Shown piece by piece: positions 62,321 to 64,000 of a DNA stretch of 64,000 nucleotides. Position 1 is the stretch's first letter. Each line of letters opens with the position of its first letter. A program made the translations under genes and the position numbers. Below the pieces are notes generated by a model. It worked only from the letters and a program-made list of their open reading frames with translations, made no database searches and was not told where the DNA came from. The DNA comes from Candidatus Poribacteria bacterium (lineage in GTDB: Bacteria; Poribacteria; WGA-4E; WGA-3G), in NCBI GenBank assembly GCA_022827885.1, contig JAJEIP010000066.1, positions 142,292-206,291 of the forward strand, written 5' to 3'.

Positions 62321-62386
62321 GAAATTTAATTCAACCGTGTCCTTTTGAGCAGACAGCACGGCGAAACGAGTCTGTTACTTTAAGAA

Positions 62387-62427
62387 GTAGAGGGTAGGTT
62401 TGAAAAGCACTTCGCTCCTACCCCTAC
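62387..62427 (-). terminator. candidate terminator hairpin after the superoxide dismutase gene
   Basis: On the minus strand, GTAGGGGTAGG ... CCTACCCTCTAC with one bulge, followed by TTCTT. The U-tract is weak. Confidence 0.45.
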
Positions 62428-62453
62428 CGACATGTAAAACGTGTTACGGAAAA

Positions 62454-63059
62454 TTAGGCGTTTGCTATGTAGAGTTCATTGACCCGAGTCCAGTTGATGA
62501 CATTTGTCCACGCCTCAACGTAATCTGGACGGCGATTCTGGTAATTCAAATAATAGGCGTGTTCCCAGACATCAATACCGAGAAGTGGGGTATGTCCCTG
62601 CATGATCGGACTGTCCTGATTCGCCGTGGAGTAGATTTCCAAGCCATCGTCGCCGAGGACAAGCCATGCCCAACCGGAACCGAAGCGTGTGGTTGCGGCA
62701 GTAGCAAATTGTTCTTTTGCTGCCTCGAGTGATCCGAAGGTGGAGGTGATCGCAGCTGCGATTTCTCCGCCGGGTTCACCACCGTTAGGACCCATGATGG
62801 ACCAGAAGAGTGAATGATTGGCGTGTCCGCCGCCGTTGTTGATGACGGCTTGGCGCTTGTCTTCCGGCACCTGATCGAGGTTACCGAGCAGATCGTGAAT
62901 ATCCATATCGGCGACAGCACCGAGGCCCTCTAAAGCAGTATTGAGGTTGGTGATATAGGCTTGATGGTGTTTGCCGTGATGGATTTCCATCGTTTGTGCA
63001 TCAATATAAGGTTCCAAAGCATCATGCGCGTAAGGCAATGCTGGTAATGTATGTGCCAT
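62454..63059 (-). CDS. sodA: Fe/Mn superoxide dismutase
   Basis: [25 protein letters not shown] and DVWEHAYYL motifs. AGGAGG lies upstream. Metal specificity cannot be determined by eye. Confidence 0.92.
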   Translation of the reverse strand: MAHTLPALPYAHDALEPYIDAQTMEIHHGKHHQAYITNLNTALEGLGAVADMDIHDLLGNLDQVPEDKRQAVINNGGGHANHSLFWSIMGPNGGEPGGEIAAAITSTFGSLEAAKEQFATAATTRFGSGWAWLVLGDDGLEIYSTANQDSPIMQGHTPLLGIDVWEHAYYLNYQNRRPDYVEAWTNVINWTRVNELYIANA

Positions 63060-63339
63060 TTTTAAAAATAGCCTCCTATTTTATTTTTTCACTTGCGCTT
63101 GCGAGTCTGCGCGCTAACGGACGTGCAAGCAATATGCTTTAAAAATCAAAAAGAGTATAACAGATTTGGTAGAAGTGTGCAAGTTTTTTCTCAAAGGTTT
63201 TTAATTATACCTTGCGGATCAGTGAGATCGGTTAGGACTTTTTACGTGCCTTTCCGTAGAAATATCCAAGCAAAAATCCCTTTACTCCGTTATGGGCTTA
63301 CTGTTTCCGTCTGAAGGGTGAAAGATGGAAAGAGGAGTG

Positions 63340-64000
63340 TCAGTCATCCAATTGCGGTGTTTCAGAGATCGCACCGACACGGCAGACCCGCTTATAATGA
63401 CAGAAATTGCAGGGTTCTGTCTTATTTTTCGGGGTAATTGGTGTGTCGCCTTCTTCTTCAGAATCTACAAAACTCTCCACACGCGTGATGAGCGGAAAAG
63501 TGCCTTTAGAGATACTATCAACGTAGTGTTGAACGTAGCCACTCACGCGCGCAAGCCGGGCATCGAAAATTTCATCCGCTAACAGCTGACCACTCCTTGG
63601 GCTAACCGATCTCCAGTCCTTACCATTGTAATTGCCGTAGGCAATTCCATTCTCTGATTCCGTTCCGATGCCGAGTTCAACGTTACATTGATCCAATCTG
63701 ATTTTATGATAGAGGCCTGCTGCGGGCTCTAATCCGGCGCCGCCATACATTTCCAACAATTTCTGCGCCGTTTGTAGGTAGATAGGGAGTTGGAGACTCC
63801 GTCCGCTGAGGATCTCCGGCATTCTAACGGTGGAACTGCCAGTCTTGTAGTCAACAATATTGAATGTGCCATTACCTATATCAATGCGATCGATTTTGCC
63901 TTTCATGCGCACTTCGCCAATGTAGATGGCTTTAGTGCAGCCGAGTTCTGGATCTGTGGGTTCACGTTCCTGTCCAAAACTAACTTCAAAGTAGCGTGGC
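63340..64000 (-). CDS. PD-(D/E)XK nuclease domain protein (AddB/RecB-like C-terminus), 5'-partial at the window edge
   Basis: GKIDRIDIGNGTFNIVDYKTG nuclease motif and C-terminal CNFCHYKRVC (Cx2Cx5C, Fe-S type). The reading frame stays open upstream of the M at 63912 to the window end (..YFEVSFGQE..). Confidence 0.7.
   Translation of the reverse strand, partial: PRYFEVSFGQEREPTDPELGCTKAIYIGEVRMKGKIDRIDIGNGTFNIVDYKTGSSTVRMPEILSGRSLQLPIYLQTAQKLLEMYGGAGLEPAAGLYHKIRLDQCNVELGIGTESENGIAYGNYNGKDWRSVSPRSGQLLADEIFDARLARVSGYVQHYVDSISKGTFPLITRVESFVDSEEEGDTPITPKNKTEPCNFCHYKRVCRVGAISETPQLDD

Overview
This 64 kb window looks like a chromosomal segment from an uncultured bacterium of roughly mid GC content (judged by eye). 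I support about 55 protein-coding genes and found no rRNA, tRNA or CRISPR array.

Housekeeping genes:
- rpmB, relA/spoT, recJ, mtnA and an Fe/Mn superoxide dismutase.
- An ilvB-ilvN-ilvC operon.

Metabolic content:
- A CUT1-type sugar ABC uptake locus flanked by enolase-superfamily dehydratases.
- Amidohydrolases, a nitrilase-family enzyme and two SAM methyltransferases.
- Four phytanoyl-CoA dioxygenase (PhyH) paralogs.

Repeat-domain and surface proteins:
- A 1225 aa S8 peptidase with FG-GAP repeats and a T9SS-type C-terminal tail.
- A second FG-GAP protein.
- A HEAT+TPR membrane protein.

Accessory content:
- A tnpA-less IS200/IS605-type TnpB element inserted inside the sugar-uptake gene string.
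- BrnT/BrnA and AbrB/PIN toxin-antitoxin pairs.
- One intact and one remnant Uma2 endonuclease gene.
- Two ECF sigma modules.
- An AT-rich single-gene islet encoding an FRG domain fused to a near-identical TPR array.

Main non-coding results:
- A well-supported T-box leader with terminator in front of ilvBNC; the specifier is probably Val.
- Several near-consensus sigma70 promoters.
- At least four short repeat or hairpin families. One of them appears to be inserted in frame inside the TPR gene.

I could not demonstrate a clear multi-gene novel system. The best candidates for undescribed biology are:
- the FRG-TPR islet;
- the ECF sigma with a C-terminal domain plus two ATPase-less ABC-2 permeases;
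- a cold-shock domain fused to an Sm/Hfq-like domain;
- the in-frame palindromic element.

All domain calls come from motif recognition by eye. No database searches were run.
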